Source: an uncultured delta proteobacterium (GTDB taxonomy: Bacteria > Desulfobacterota > Syntrophobacteria > Syntrophobacterales > Syntrophobacteraceae). Taken from it: a stretch of DNA of 64,000 bases. The notes under the pieces were generated by a model, which saw nothing but the letters and a program-made list of their open reading frames with translations, searched no databases and had not been told where the DNA came from. The DNA lies in contig CAWEHK010000021.1 in the NCBI GenBank assembly GCA_963808625.1, positions 96,001 to 160,000 on the forward strand. The letters are read 5' to 3'. This document shows positions 9,913 through 20,023 of this stretch, piece after piece. Numbering within the stretch: position 1 is the stretch's first letter; the number at the start of each line of letters is the position of its first letter. Position numbers and translations under genes: made by a program.

Positions 9913-9988
9913 ATCCACGAAGGACACGAAGAGACACTAAGAAAATGACAAGAGCTTACTTTCGTGTGTCTTCGTGTCCTTCGTGGAT
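9913..9988. repeat. REP-like inverted repeat family TCCACGAAGGACACGAAG...CTTCGTGTCCTTCGTGGA (also about 11889-11963, 41244-41283, 44459-44497)
   Basis: The same CACGAAG-unit arms recur at four intergenic sites. Confidence 0.75.
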
Positions 9989-10020
9989 AAAGATTAAATT
10001 TCATCAGGAGGTGCCATCCT

Positions 10021-10293
10021 TTGGCCAATCACAAGTCAGCTATCAAACGCGCAAAGCAGAGTGAACTGCGCCGAGTTCGCAACCGTTCGCGAAGAACCCG
10101 CATGAAACATGTTATCAAGGGCCTCGAAGAAGCGCTTGCTGCCCGCAATCCCGAAATGGCGGAGAGTCGTTTGCGAGAGGCCGTCTCCGTGATCGACAAA
10201 ACCGCAGGCAAAGGTGTTATCCACAGAAACCATGCGGCGCGCAAGATCTCACGATTGACCCACAAGGTGAATGCCCTGGTGCCATCCGCTTAA
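10021..10293 (+). CDS. rpsT: 30S ribosomal protein S20
   Basis: MANHKSAIKRAKQ...KGVIHRNHAARKISRL; RBS AGGAGG, TTG start. Confidence 0.97.
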   Translation: MANHKSAIKRAKQSELRRVRNRSRRTRMKHVIKGLEEALAARNPEMAESRLREAVSVIDKTAGKGVIHRNHAARKISRLTHKVNALVPSA

Positions 10294-10309
10294 CCACCGC
10301 GCTTCTCTC

Positions 10310-11317
10310 TCAGAAGTTGTGTTGTTCGCGCCGGCACAAGTCCAGCACGAGTGCCTCCAGGTGCCGTTGAGGGCTCGTGCTCGTGCTCTTGAGGGCGAGG
10401 TCCGCCTCGCGGATGGCGCGATGGACCCGGTAGAGCTCTGCTTCCGGGAACAAATCCGCCTGCTGCAGGTAGTTCCGAAGCACTGCGGGGTAGAGGTTTA
10501 AACTCCGGCCTAGTTCCGCCATGGGCATTTTTCGCTTTGCCCCGTCCTTGGCCTGCCACAGAATCCGAATCTGCCTCGCCAGCAGGGCCAAAATTACCAA
10601 GGGCTGTTCTCCGGCAAGGAGCAGCTTCCGCAAAGCCGCGATCGCCTCTTTCGTCTGGCCCTGCCCCACGTATCGCAGAAGTTCAAATACGGTAAAGGAC
10701 CGCTGCGAAGAGATCGCCTCTCTCGCATCCTCCAATTCGATTTCTTCACGATCACCGACATAAGCCCCGAGCTTTTCCAATTCGCTCTGAAGGCGATAGA
10801 GCTCCACCCCCACCTGCTCAACCAGAAAAGAGGCCGCCTGCGGCGACAGCACTTTCCGGAGCTGCCGGGCCCTCATTTGCAGCCAACGGGGTGCGTCCCT
10901 TTCCGTGGGAGGACTGAAATGCACCACCTCGCCCACTGCCTCCACCGCAGCCTGAAGCTTCTCCAGGCCTTTTTTCTGGGTGCTGCTGAGGACCAGGCAA
11001 GCAGAAGGAAAGGGATGGGTCAAATAGGATTCGATCGCCCGGAACTGCTCCTTCGGCCACCCTTCAATATGCTGGACCAGGAGCAGCCGTTTGCTCCCAA
11101 ACATGGGCATGGCACTCAATCGCCCCAATACCTCCGGGGCCGGATGCTCCTTCGCCAACAACCGTTCGCCGTTGAACTGCCGGGCCTTGGCCGGGACGAT
11201 TTTATCGAGCAAAAGGTCCCACGCTTCCTCCTTCAGCAAATCCCCTTCCCCCAGGAAGAGGTAGACGGGAGCGACGGCACCGGCGTCAAGATGATGGGTG
11301 AATTCGTCCGGATACAC
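10310..11317 (-). CDS. holA: DNA polymerase III delta subunit
   Basis: PVYLFLGE, MPMFGSKRL, ELEKL, ADLALKS; conserved leuS-lptE-holA order. Confidence 0.92.
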   Translation of the reverse strand: MYPDEFTHHLDAGAVAPVYLFLGEGDLLKEEAWDLLLDKIVPAKARQFNGERLLAKEHPAPEVLGRLSAMPMFGSKRLLLVQHIEGWPKEQFRAIESYLTHPFPSACLVLSSTQKKGLEKLQAAVEAVGEVVHFSPPTERDAPRWLQMRARQLRKVLSPQAASFLVEQVGVELYRLQSELEKLGAYVGDREEIELEDAREAISSQRSFTVFELLRYVGQGQTKEAIAALRKLLLAGEQPLVILALLARQIRILWQAKDGAKRKMPMAELGRSLNLYPAVLRNYLQQADLFPEAELYRVHRAIREADLALKSTSTSPQRHLEALVLDLCRREQHNF

Positions 11318-11318
11318 G

Positions 11319-11837
11319 CTAAAAATTACTCAAAAAGCGGTCATGAATGCGGACCGACATTTCTCTCGCGAGATAATCGAGGGTCGCGCGCCGGTTGTCG
11401 AAGCTGATGTTGGGATCAGCATTCTGGAGGAAGACCTGATGGTAGGTGAACTGGGGGTCCTGCCACAGGACCTTACCGTCCCGTGAGTCCACACAGCGGA
11501 TCTCGAGGGTTACATAGAGGCGGCTTTGAATCGTTTCTTCGGCTTCACGGTGAGCGACGGCCGAGGAATAGATGGTGGTGATGCGCCCGCGAAAAACGGC
11601 CTCGGCCTGGTCCACCGGCACCACTTGAAGCTGGCCTTTCGTGATAAACTGCCTCCGCAAAGCACCCGCAAAAATGCTTCCCAGATCGGGTTCGGAGGTG
11701 TTGTTCTCAAAGACCGGGATGGCCACACTGCGCAGACCGGGACGAGGCCCCGGTCCTTCCCCGGAAAAATGATAGCCGCACGAAATGGGAAGGACAGCCA
11801 GCATCAGCAGGAGGATGGCAATGCCCCTGTGCATCAT
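11319..11837 (-). CDS. lptE: LPS assembly lipoprotein LptE family
   Basis: Lipobox-like ISC-GYHF, VAIPVFENNTSEP; between leuS and holA. Confidence 0.85.
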   Translation of the reverse strand: MMHRGIAILLLMLAVLPISCGYHFSGEGPGPRPGLRSVAIPVFENNTSEPDLGSIFAGALRRQFITKGQLQVVPVDQAEAVFRGRITTIYSSAVAHREAEETIQSRLYVTLEIRCVDSRDGKVLWQDPQFTYHQVFLQNADPNISFDNRRATLDYLAREMSVRIHDRFLSNF

Positions 11838-11984
11838 CTTCTTATGCTCGTTCGGTTTACGCTTTATCACAGCCGAAATTCTCTCTTTTCCACGAAGGAC
11901 ACGAAGAGACACGAAGTAGTTGTCGTTGTCATTCTTTCGTGTCTATTCGTGCTCATTCGTGGATGAAGAAGCCGACAGCCTTTT

Positions 11985-14474
11985 TCACACCACGATGTTG
12001 ACGAGCTTGTCCGGCACCACCACGATCTTCCTGATCGTCTTGCCGGCAATAAAATCCTGCGTCCGACCATCCTGGAGGGCCGCCTGCTCCACTTGCTCGC
12101 GGGTCGCCTCCGCCGAGACCATGATGCGGCTTCGCAGTTTGCCGTTCACCTGGACTACAATCAGCACTTCTTCAGCCTGCAGGGCTTCTTCGCTCCACTC
12201 GGGCCAGGGCGTCTTCACCACGCTTCCCGAATGTCCCAGAGCCTGCCAGAGCTCTTCCGCGATGTGGGGGACAATGGGCGAGACGAGTAAGATCATGGCC
12301 TCGACCGCGGCTTTCATGACCGGCCAGAAAGGGCCGTCCCGGGAAGGGAGCTCCAGCACCTGGTACATCTGGTTGACCAGTTCCATCACCGCGGCGATAG
12401 CGGTATTGAAGTGAAAGCGGTCGCCAATGTCCTCGGTTACTTTCTTGATGGTCTGATGGGTTTTGCGATGCAGATCGGCCAGGGGTTTTGGAAGCTCGGG
12501 GCCGTCCCGATAGCTCTTTGCCGCCTGCAGGGGCTCCTGATTTTCCGCCACCAGCCGCCACATTCGAGACAGGAACCGGGAGGCCCCCTCCACGCCCTGA
12601 TCGCTCCACTCGAGGTCCTTTTCCGGAGGGGCCGCAAAGAGGCAGAAGAGGCGCACGGTATCGGCGCCGTAAGTCTCAATCATTTCATCCGGATCAACCA
12701 CATTTCCCTTGGATTTGCTCATCTTGGCGCCGTCCTTGATGACCATGCCCTGCGTGAGCAAATTCAGGAAGGGTTCGTCGGCATCCAGGTAGCCCAGATC
12801 GCGCAGGACCTTGGTGAAAAACCGGGCATACAGCAGGTGCAGCACGGCGTGCTCGATCCCGCCAATGTATTGATTGACCGGCATCCAGTAAGCGACTTTT
12901 CGGCGGTCGAGGGGGGCCTCATGAGACGAAGCGCAGGCAAAGCGGGCAAAATACCAGGACGATTCGACAAAGGTATCCATGGTGTCCGTTTCGCGCCGTG
13001 CCGGACCGCCGCATTGGGGGCAGGCGGTCTTGACAAAAGGTTCATAGACCGGAAGCGGCGACGCCCCGTTGGGGAGCAATTCCACGTCCGTCGGGAGGAC
13101 CACGGGAAGGTCCTGTTCCGGGACCGGCACGACCCCGCAACGGTCGCAATAGATGATGGGAATGGGGGCGCCCCAGTAGCGCTGTCGCGAGATCCCCCAA
13201 TCGCGAAGGCGGTACTGGATGGTCTCTTCGCCCTGGTTTCGCGCGGCCAGCGCCGCGGTGATCGCTTCGCGCCCCTGCGCCGAGGTCATCCCGTTGAAGG
13301 CGCCGGAATTGACGAGAACGCCGTCTTCTTCGTTGGCGGCGGCAAGCGGTTCGGCATGGGGTGAGGAGGCTTCGCCCTCGGGTACGATGACCACTTTGAT
13401 TGGCAAGCCATATTTCGTGGCGAATTCGAAGTCGCGCTGGTCGTGGGCCGGAACGGCCATGACCGCCCCGGTCCCATAGGCCATGAGGACAAAATTGGCC
13501 ACATAGATCGGCATCTTCTCATTGGTCACCGGGTTGATGCAATAACTCCCGGTGAAGACCCCTTCCTTTTCCAACAGTTCCGCCTCGCGATCGCTGCGCT
13601 TGGCCTGCTTGGCTCTTTCCACAAAACGCCGCACCGCGTCTTCCTGAGGGGTCCCGCGGCAGAGTTTCTCGACCAAGGGGTGCTCGGGAGCCAGGCTCAT
13701 GAACGTCGCCCCGAAAAGCGTATCGGCGCGGGTCGTGAACACCGTGATCCGGCCGTCTCCTGATTCCAGAGGAAAGAGGATCTTGCTGCCGTAACTCTTG
13801 CCGATCCAGTTCTGCTGCATGGTCAGCACCCGTTCCGGCCAGCCCGGCAACTTGTACGTGTAATCAAGAAGCTCTTCCACATACGCGGTAATTTTGAAGA
13901 ACCACTGATCCATTTCCTTCTGAACGACCGGCTGGTCGCAGCGCCAGCAGACCCCCCCCTCGACCTGCTCGTTGGCGAGCACGGTATGGCAGGTATGACA
14001 CCAATTGACATAGGCACTGCGCCGGTAAGCCAGGCCCTGCTCGTACATCTTCAGAAAAAAAAGCTGCTCCCAGCGATAATAGGACACGTCACAGGTGGCG
14101 AATTCCCGCGACCAGTCATAGGAAAATCCCAGTTTCTGCAACTGACTGCGCATGTAGTCGATGTTGTCGTAGGTCCATCTGGCCGGATGGGTATTCGCCT
14201 TGATCGCGGCGTTTTCGGCGGGCATGCCGAAGGCATCCCAACCCATCGGGTGCAGGACGTTGTAGCCCCGCATCATCAAAAAGCGGGCCACGACGTCGCC
14301 AATCGAGTAGTTGCGGACGTGTCCCATATGAATGCGGCCGGAGGGATAGGGGAACATCTCGAGCAGGTAATATTTCTCGCGGGCAGGGTCCTCACCGACC
14401 CGGAAAAGCTGCTCTCGTGCCCAGTGATCCTGCCATTTCTTTTCCATGCTTTTTGGTATATAGCGAGCGTCCAT
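11985..14474 (-). CDS. leuS: Leucine--tRNA ligase
   Basis: [13 protein letters not shown] (HIGH), [20 protein letters not shown]. Confidence 0.98.
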   Translation of the reverse strand: MDARYIPKSMEKKWQDHWAREQLFRVGEDPAREKYYLLEMFPYPSGRIHMGHVRNYSIGDVVARFLMMRGYNVLHPMGWDAFGMPAENAAIKANTHPARWTYDNIDYMRSQLQKLGFSYDWSREFATCDVSYYRWEQLFFLKMYEQGLAYRRSAYVNWCHTCHTVLANEQVEGGVCWRCDQPVVQKEMDQWFFKITAYVEELLDYTYKLPGWPERVLTMQQNWIGKSYGSKILFPLESGDGRITVFTTRADTLFGATFMSLAPEHPLVEKLCRGTPQEDAVRRFVERAKQAKRSDREAELLEKEGVFTGSYCINPVTNEKMPIYVANFVLMAYGTGAVMAVPAHDQRDFEFATKYGLPIKVVIVPEGEASSPHAEPLAAANEEDGVLVNSGAFNGMTSAQGREAITAALAARNQGEETIQYRLRDWGISRQRYWGAPIPIIYCDRCGVVPVPEQDLPVVLPTDVELLPNGASPLPVYEPFVKTACPQCGGPARRETDTMDTFVESSWYFARFACASSHEAPLDRRKVAYWMPVNQYIGGIEHAVLHLLYARFFTKVLRDLGYLDADEPFLNLLTQGMVIKDGAKMSKSKGNVVDPDEMIETYGADTVRLFCLFAAPPEKDLEWSDQGVEGASRFLSRMWRLVAENQEPLQAAKSYRDGPELPKPLADLHRKTHQTIKKVTEDIGDRFHFNTAIAAVMELVNQMYQVLELPSRDGPFWPVMKAAVEAMILLVSPIVPHIAEELWQALGHSGSVVKTPWPEWSEEALQAEEVLIVVQVNGKLRSRIMVSAEATREQVEQAALQDGRTQDFIAGKTIRKIVVVPDKLVNIVV

Positions 14475-14911
14475 AGAACTCCTTAATGGTGGCGCGTCCC
14501 CTCACGCCTCCCGTTTGAACCGTAATGGATGAGAAGTTGCTTATTTTAACCGCGGAGAGCGCAGAGGTCACAGAGAGATTTCGCTCTGAAATTATCGCAA
14601 TCGTGCAACGGCATCGCCGCAAGCGAACCAAATACTCTGCCTGACAAAAGCCTCGCGCGGAAGCCTCGAATTTGTAGCACATGCCCCTCCCTTTAGCAAT
14701 ATCGAGGCGACGTTGCGTCAGGCATGGGCCGGCAACACGTTCGATTCCGTTGAAGCAGATCGGGGAAGCATCACGTCGGAGGGGTGAGTGTCGGGCGGAC
14801 TGGAACGCGCGGGGTGTTGGTGGGCACGATCAAGCTGTGCTCTCCGGAACCGAGCAGGGACTTATGCCGGCAGGTAACGTCCCAATTGAGTAATTCCTTT
14901 TGGAGAGCTTA

Positions 14912-14953
14912 CCATCGACTGCATACCGGCACCGGCCGGTATGCAGTCGATGG
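14912..14953. repeat. Perfect 19-bp-arm hairpin followed by a REP-like GGATTCCGGCTTTCGCCGG
   Basis: CCATCGACTGCATACCGGC-ACCG-GCCGGTATGCAGTCGATGG. Confidence 0.75.
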
Positions 14954-15111
14954 CTCTTCTTGTTGGATTCCGGCTTTCGCCGGTATGAGATTGAGTTAGC
15001 GGCGAAATCGCTTAGATGAGGTAACAGGGCCCTTGAGAAGGGATGCCCGCGAGGGAGGAGAACAATCCCCTCCCTCTTCATTCCAGGTTGGCCGGTGAAT
15101 CTATTTCATCG

Positions 15112-16314
15112 TTAACGTCTCGGCTTTTGATAGTACGGCTCGATTGGTATCCACCGGATATAGCCGTAGTCCGAAGTCTCCTTTCCGGAAGCTGTGCCCG
15201 CCGTTCCGTACATGTCCGTGCCGGTGCGCATTCTCCCGGAGAGCACGCCGAGGAGCGGGGTGCTCTCGGCAGCACCACCACAACTGGCGCTGGAAAAGGC
15301 CTGCACGCGAAAACGTCCGGACGAGGTATGAAGGGTTTTCATCTGGAAGAACTTCTGGTTCCTGGGGCTTTTCAGATTTCCGAGCCAACTCTCATAGGCA
15401 GAGTTGGCACACTGGTAAAGGCCTGAGTACTTGACCTCGTTTTCGCTCCAGATGGTGTAAACTACTTTCGTGTAAAGGTTGACGGTGTCATTGGTCAGGT
15501 CCTCTTTGCACGGCACCAGGGCGAGGTTGTTGAACGCCCACCCATCGGTCTTGGCTGGTCCGCTGGGTTCGGCAAGGAAGTCAAACGTCAGATATTTGGG
15601 GCAGGCATCGTAGGCCGCGTTGGACAGGCTGCAGTTATTGTCGCTGTAGTCTGGGCCGGGGCATTTAGATGGCGAAACTACAGTCGTTGGGCTGGCTTTC
15701 AGCCTCATCGTATTGTTGTCGTCTAATCCCTGGACCGTCCCCACCCAAAAACCGTCAGCAAAGGCGCCCGAGCTGTCGATCACATTGGCGGCGAAACGCC
15801 AGGCGCTGTATTCCCAGCCACTCGTGGGCGCCGTGGTTACGTCTGTCAACATACTGTCGCTATTGACAATCATGGCAAATCCGCTGAGATGGTTCCAGGA
15901 GATTTGCTTGCGCCCGGTCGGATCGACCGCCCAGCATTTGAGCGCTCCGGTCTCACCCGCGCCAATCGGTCCGGCAACCGCGCGATCATCCAGACCCGAG
16001 CCGTCGCTGGCCCTGAAGACCGCGGGAGTGTTGGCCAAAAGATACATGCCAAAGGGAACCAGAAGGCCCTGACTCAAGGGATTGCTGCGCACATCTTTGA
16101 TTTCCCAGTAACACTGTACCTGAACATTGCTTGCAGCATTGTTGGAGATGATGATGTAGGTCTCGTTACCGTCGTTGGTCTGGATTTTGGGCCAGATCAA
16201 GATACTCCCTTCCTTCGTGGTGTCGGCACGGCCGTTAATCTGGGCCAGGCTCTGAGAACTTCCCACAACCATCAGGAAGGCCATGAAGAGAGTCACAAGC
16301 ATACACTTTTTCAT
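15112..16314 (-). CDS. Secreted protein of unknown function (paralog 2)
   Basis: Sec signal peptide MKKCML...QSLA; RBS GAGGAGG; shares motifs with 16467..17561. Confidence 0.85.
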   Translation of the reverse strand: MKKCMLVTLFMAFLMVVGSSQSLAQINGRADTTKEGSILIWPKIQTNDGNETYIIISNNAASNVQVQCYWEIKDVRSNPLSQGLLVPFGMYLLANTPAVFRASDGSGLDDRAVAGPIGAGETGALKCWAVDPTGRKQISWNHLSGFAMIVNSDSMLTDVTTAPTSGWEYSAWRFAANVIDSSGAFADGFWVGTVQGLDDNNTMRLKASPTTVVSPSKCPGPDYSDNNCSLSNAAYDACPKYLTFDFLAEPSGPAKTDGWAFNNLALVPCKEDLTNDTVNLYTKVVYTIWSENEVKYSGLYQCANSAYESWLGNLKSPRNQKFFQMKTLHTSSGRFRVQAFSSASCGGAAESTPLLGVLSGRMRTGTDMYGTAGTASGKETSDYGYIRWIPIEPYYQKPRR

Positions 16315-16466
16315 ATTCTTTACCTCCTCGGTAGAAAGCACCCTGTGGCAGAAAACATCGTCCTGTGTTGCCGATCATCAATTGCGTCCCACATTTTGAA
16401 ACCCGATTTCACCCCGAAACCCATCGAGAGAACGGGTCAGGTCACACCTTTCTGGCATGGTATGAG

Positions 16467-17561
16467 CTAATTCCAGGTAATCGAGACGGCCTCGGAGGTG
16501 TATACATCATTCGCATCTTTCAAATAAGCCTGACCAGGCCCGATAGCCGTCGGTGCTTCGCCGACATAAGGTCCGGTGGAGGAACCGAACTGTACGGACA
16601 TGACGCCCACCAGCGGCATCCCCACGCTTCCTGCGCACTTGGTGCTGTCTTGCTTGCCATGGATATAGATAGTGCCGCCCGGCGAGGCAAGATTGACGAA
16701 CGGGTTGCCGCTGGGAGGGTTGTGCAGCTTGGAGCTGGTCAGAGGTTCGGAGAACCACTGGGTGGCAGAGGTGCCACATCCCACGCATATCCACGTACCC
16801 GAACTCGAATTTCCATATTCATCACGGGTTTTCATTTCGGTGGAGACGATGTTGTTGGTGTTGCTTGCAAAGTTATCGCCACAAGTAACCAGGGTCAGAA
16901 CGTTATTGACCGTGCCTTTGGGATAGGGGTCCGAACCGCTTGGCGCCTGCTTCATGAAGTTGAACAAGAGCGCCGTCGGGCAGCTATCGTAGTTTCCTGA
17001 ATCCCCCGACAGCTGTAGCTTATACGCAGCGCCAGCATCAGCGCCGGTCGTCGATGAATTGACCGCAAACCGCCAGGCACTGTACTCCCACGCGGCGTTA
17101 TTCGGTTCGTAAACGATCGCTTCCCCCGCCAGCCAGTTCCAGGCGATGCCGTTGGTCTCCGCATCGTTTACGGCCCAGCACTTCAAGGTCGCCGACTTGC
17201 CCGAGGCGACTGCGGGAGGACTGCCCATGGCATTGAGAAAAGACTTACCGACACTTTTGCCGGTAGAAGCCACCCAGGATACCTGCTGGTTGGGCATGAG
17301 CGTAAAGACCCAGGAAGCATCTGAATACGGGAACGCGTAACGGTAGAAGCATTTTACTTTAACGCTCTGGTAGTAATCGTTGCTCAACTTTATGGTCGTG
17401 TTCGTGCTGGTTGCCGAGTTCACCTTGATCAGCGGCCAGACCAGCAGGCTCCCCTTCTTTGCGGTATCGGCGACGGTGCGATCAAGCTGGGCCAGACACG
17501 CAGTGCCAAATAGCGACACGGCAACGATCGCGATAAAAACAATGAGCATGCACCTTTTCAT
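16467..17561 (-). CDS. Secreted protein of unknown function (paralog 1)
   Basis: Sec signal peptide MKRCML...ACLA; RBS AAGGAG; shared motifs GSLLVWP, LKCWAV, WEYSAWRFA, YDSCP. Confidence 0.85.
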   Translation of the reverse strand: MKRCMLIVFIAIVAVSLFGTACLAQLDRTVADTAKKGSLLVWPLIKVNSATSTNTTIKLSNDYYQSVKVKCFYRYAFPYSDASWVFTLMPNQQVSWVASTGKSVGKSFLNAMGSPPAVASGKSATLKCWAVNDAETNGIAWNWLAGEAIVYEPNNAAWEYSAWRFAVNSSTTGADAGAAYKLQLSGDSGNYDSCPTALLFNFMKQAPSGSDPYPKGTVNNVLTLVTCGDNFASNTNNIVSTEMKTRDEYGNSSSGTWICVGCGTSATQWFSEPLTSSKLHNPPSGNPFVNLASPGGTIYIHGKQDSTKCAGSVGMPLVGVMSVQFGSSTGPYVGEAPTAIGPGQAYLKDANDVYTSEAVSITWN

Positions 17562-18091
17562 ACTCTCTTCTCCTTGGGTTACAGTTGTCCACAGCGACAG
17601 CACTTACCTCCAATCAATCCTGGTGACCCGAATGCATGAAAAGATCCTTTCGCGTCAGCGACTCCTTCACCCCTCCTTTCGGTGCCTGAACAAACACCTC
17701 TTGCCCTGATCAGGGTTCTCTCCAACATCACCTCGTTTCCGCATCTCTCAGCTGCCTGATACAAAGTACCTTACATAAGAGGGAACCCAGCAAACGGGGT
17801 CCCTTCGAAGCCGCTGATGGGAACCACGGGCCGATTAAAACCGCTTCAACCGGTACCGCAAGGGGCGGAACCCATAATGGTGAAGATTTTTGTCGTCAGG
17901 CGTGGGGTTCGAGGAGTTCTGCCAGGGTGGCAGTCGCTGCACGATGGGGGAGGCAAAGTCGCCAGGAGAGAGGGGGTCGTGCATTCGAACAGAAGAGTCA
18001 TTCTGTCAATCTCTGACAGATCCATAACACCAGCCCTCGACTGCATACAAGCCGAACAAAGAGCGGAACAGGTTAAGCATGTCCTTGGTTG

Positions 18092-18270
18092 AAAAAAATG
18101 TCGCCCCCCGTCGGGAGACGTTCGAACACGTCGCAACGGCGCACTCCGGCCCTAAGCTGCACCGCTTTTCAGCCGGTTACTCCTGCGTCCTCATTGACCA
18201 AAGCCGCTTGTGCTCAAGATAAAAGAGAAAGCTGTCTTTCAAAAAGCCGGGGACTCTTTTTATAGTTCAC
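18092..18270 (-). ncRNA. Candidate structured sRNA or leader RNA (unknown class)
   Basis: TTGACA-17-TAGGGG promoter-like site at 18274-18302; nested hairpins; ends in a GC-rich hairpin plus U7. Confidence 0.35.
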
Positions 18271-18404
18271 GAACCCCTACCACTATCTTGATGTTTTGTC
18301 AATATTTAGTGTGACGGCGTATAGATGTGTGCCCGAAGTCAGTTGGTCATGAAGGAGCACCGATCTGCCGGGTGCGAAGCCTCAGGGGCCTGGTCTGCAC
18401 CTCT

Positions 18405-19130
18405 TCACCAGAGCCGGTCCGCATTGATCCGGGGCAAACCGAGCGCGAGGATCTTTGCTGCCGTCCCGGCAATGTCGTAGGGGAGAGAACGGACGGTGAG
18501 ATGCCGGGATTGCGTGTCCCAGATGAGGTACTTGGCACGGTTGTCGCCGTCTCTGGGCTGTCCCACGCTGCCCGCGTTGATCAGATATTTCCAGCCGTCC
18601 TCGAGCATAAACTCCGCTTTGGCCAGGGGCATGTGCCCAATCCGTTGCCCGTCGAAGGCAACCAGTTCGAGATCGTGAGTATGGCCCACGAAACACAACT
18701 CTTGATCAAGTGATGACAGGACCCTCTTGACCTGCCTGTCCGAGACCTCGAAGAGGTACGTGGTGGCCGACTCGGGAGGGAAGCCGTGAACGAACAGGCA
18801 GCGCTCGATGGTTAGAGCAGGAGCCAGCTGATGGATGTAGGCAATGCTCTCAGGTGAAAGCAGTTCCCGATTGAGCTCGAGCGATCTCCGGGCGTGCCAG
18901 TTGAACCAGGAGCGGCAGGTAGGATCGATGATCCCCTGTTCGTGGTTTCCCCTAATCGAAAGGATGCAGCGTGCGCGAATGAGTTGGAGCACTTCCTCGG
19001 GTTCCGGGCCGTAGCCGATATTGTCGCCAAGGGAGACAATCTGGTCCACCTTGGAGCGATCAATATCCGCCAATACCTCGCGGAAGGCCTCGAGGTTGCT
19101 GTGAATATCGGAAACAATTGCGATGCGCAT
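18405..19130 (-). CDS. Metallophosphoesterase (calcineurin-like)
   Basis: SDIHSN, LGDNIGYG, RGNHE, VHG, GHTH, NAGSVGQPRDG. Confidence 0.92.
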   Translation of the reverse strand: MRIAIVSDIHSNLEAFREVLADIDRSKVDQIVSLGDNIGYGPEPEEVLQLIRARCILSIRGNHEQGIIDPTCRSWFNWHARRSLELNRELLSPESIAYIHQLAPALTIERCLFVHGFPPESATTYLFEVSDRQVKRVLSSLDQELCFVGHTHDLELVAFDGQRIGHMPLAKAEFMLEDGWKYLINAGSVGQPRDGDNRAKYLIWDTQSRHLTVRSLPYDIAGTAAKILALGLPRINADRLW

Positions 19131-19462
19131 GGGGCAATCCTGCATTGAGAAGAGGATTCGATCCCAAATTCTCTATTCCAATTTCTTGAAATGTCATCAT
19201 CGTAGTATAGTATTGAAGTGCAACTCTTGCCATCGCGAGATGGCAACCAGGGTGCGCCCTTCTCAGCCGGGCGATGAACTGCAGGCAGTCAGCCATTTCC
19301 TTGCTATACTCGCTAAGGTTAGAAACCTGCTTTCTGGAGGAGCGGCACTTTGCCGCAACCTTGACAAAATCGCGCCGAAGAGGCGCACCTACAAAAAGGT
19401 GGTGGTTCTGGCACAAGGAAAGGACCCTGCCTTAATCAGCATAAATCTCTTCCGGGTGAACC

Positions 19463-20023
19463 ATGAAACCTTTAACCCTATTGCTGGCTGGGTGGAAAGC
19501 CCGCGCCACCGGCGGGCGCCCCCGAGAGCCATCTGCAAAAGTCCGAAAGCTAAGGTTTTCCCTGGTTGTTGTGGCAGTCTTTCTCGCGGGTTCGAACACG
19601 GTCCATTCCGGAGCTTTGCCGCCGCCTCCGCTCGTGGTGAGCCCGGCCCAACCGTCTTCCCAGGAACAAGAAAAAGCTTATGACCTGTACCGTCTGGCTC
19701 ATGCTGTAAATGGTCGGCTGAAATGGGACGGATGCCTTGCCCGGAAAGCCTTCCGGCGGGCGAAGAACCTGGTGGATGGTGGCACCTTTGCCCATAAGGA
19801 TCCTCGAACCGGCAAGAACCCGGCCTGGGAAATGGTGGTTCAGTGTAAGAAATATCGATATGCAGGGGAGAACCTGGCAAAAGGGGACCAATCGGCGGAA
19901 GCGATCCATCGAGCCCTGATGCAGAGCCCTGCCCACCGTGCCAACATTATCAAACCAGCGTACCGATATCTCGGTGTTGGCTGCTGCCATAATGTATGCG
20001 TGCAGCTCTTTGCCGGGTTTTGA
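19463..20023 (+). CDS. CAP (SCP-like) domain exported protein
   Basis: FAH...YAGENLA...LMQSPAHRANI...LGVG...VQLF; hydrophobic N-terminal segment; start uncertain. Confidence 0.82.
   Translation: MKPLTLLLAGWKARATGGRPREPSAKVRKLRFSLVVVAVFLAGSNTVHSGALPPPPLVVSPAQPSSQEQEKAYDLYRLAHAVNGRLKWDGCLARKAFRRAKNLVDGGTFAHKDPRTGKNPAWEMVVQCKKYRYAGENLAKGDQSAEAIHRALMQSPAHRANIIKPAYRYLGVGCCHNVCVQLFAGF

Noticed and set aside
17640..17760. Glycine riboswitch-like words (GGAGAGA...CACCGAA)
   Set aside because: The required CUCUCAGG element and stem order are missing.
17846..18136. c-type cytochrome from a CSDCH motif in a 96-aa ORF
   Set aside because: No signal peptide or RBS and low-complexity composition; likely a chance motif.
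18092..18270. 6S RNA or SRP RNA
   Set aside because: The length is similar to 6S but the 5' and 3' ends do not form one rod with a central bubble, and there is no SRP GGAA/AGCA motif.
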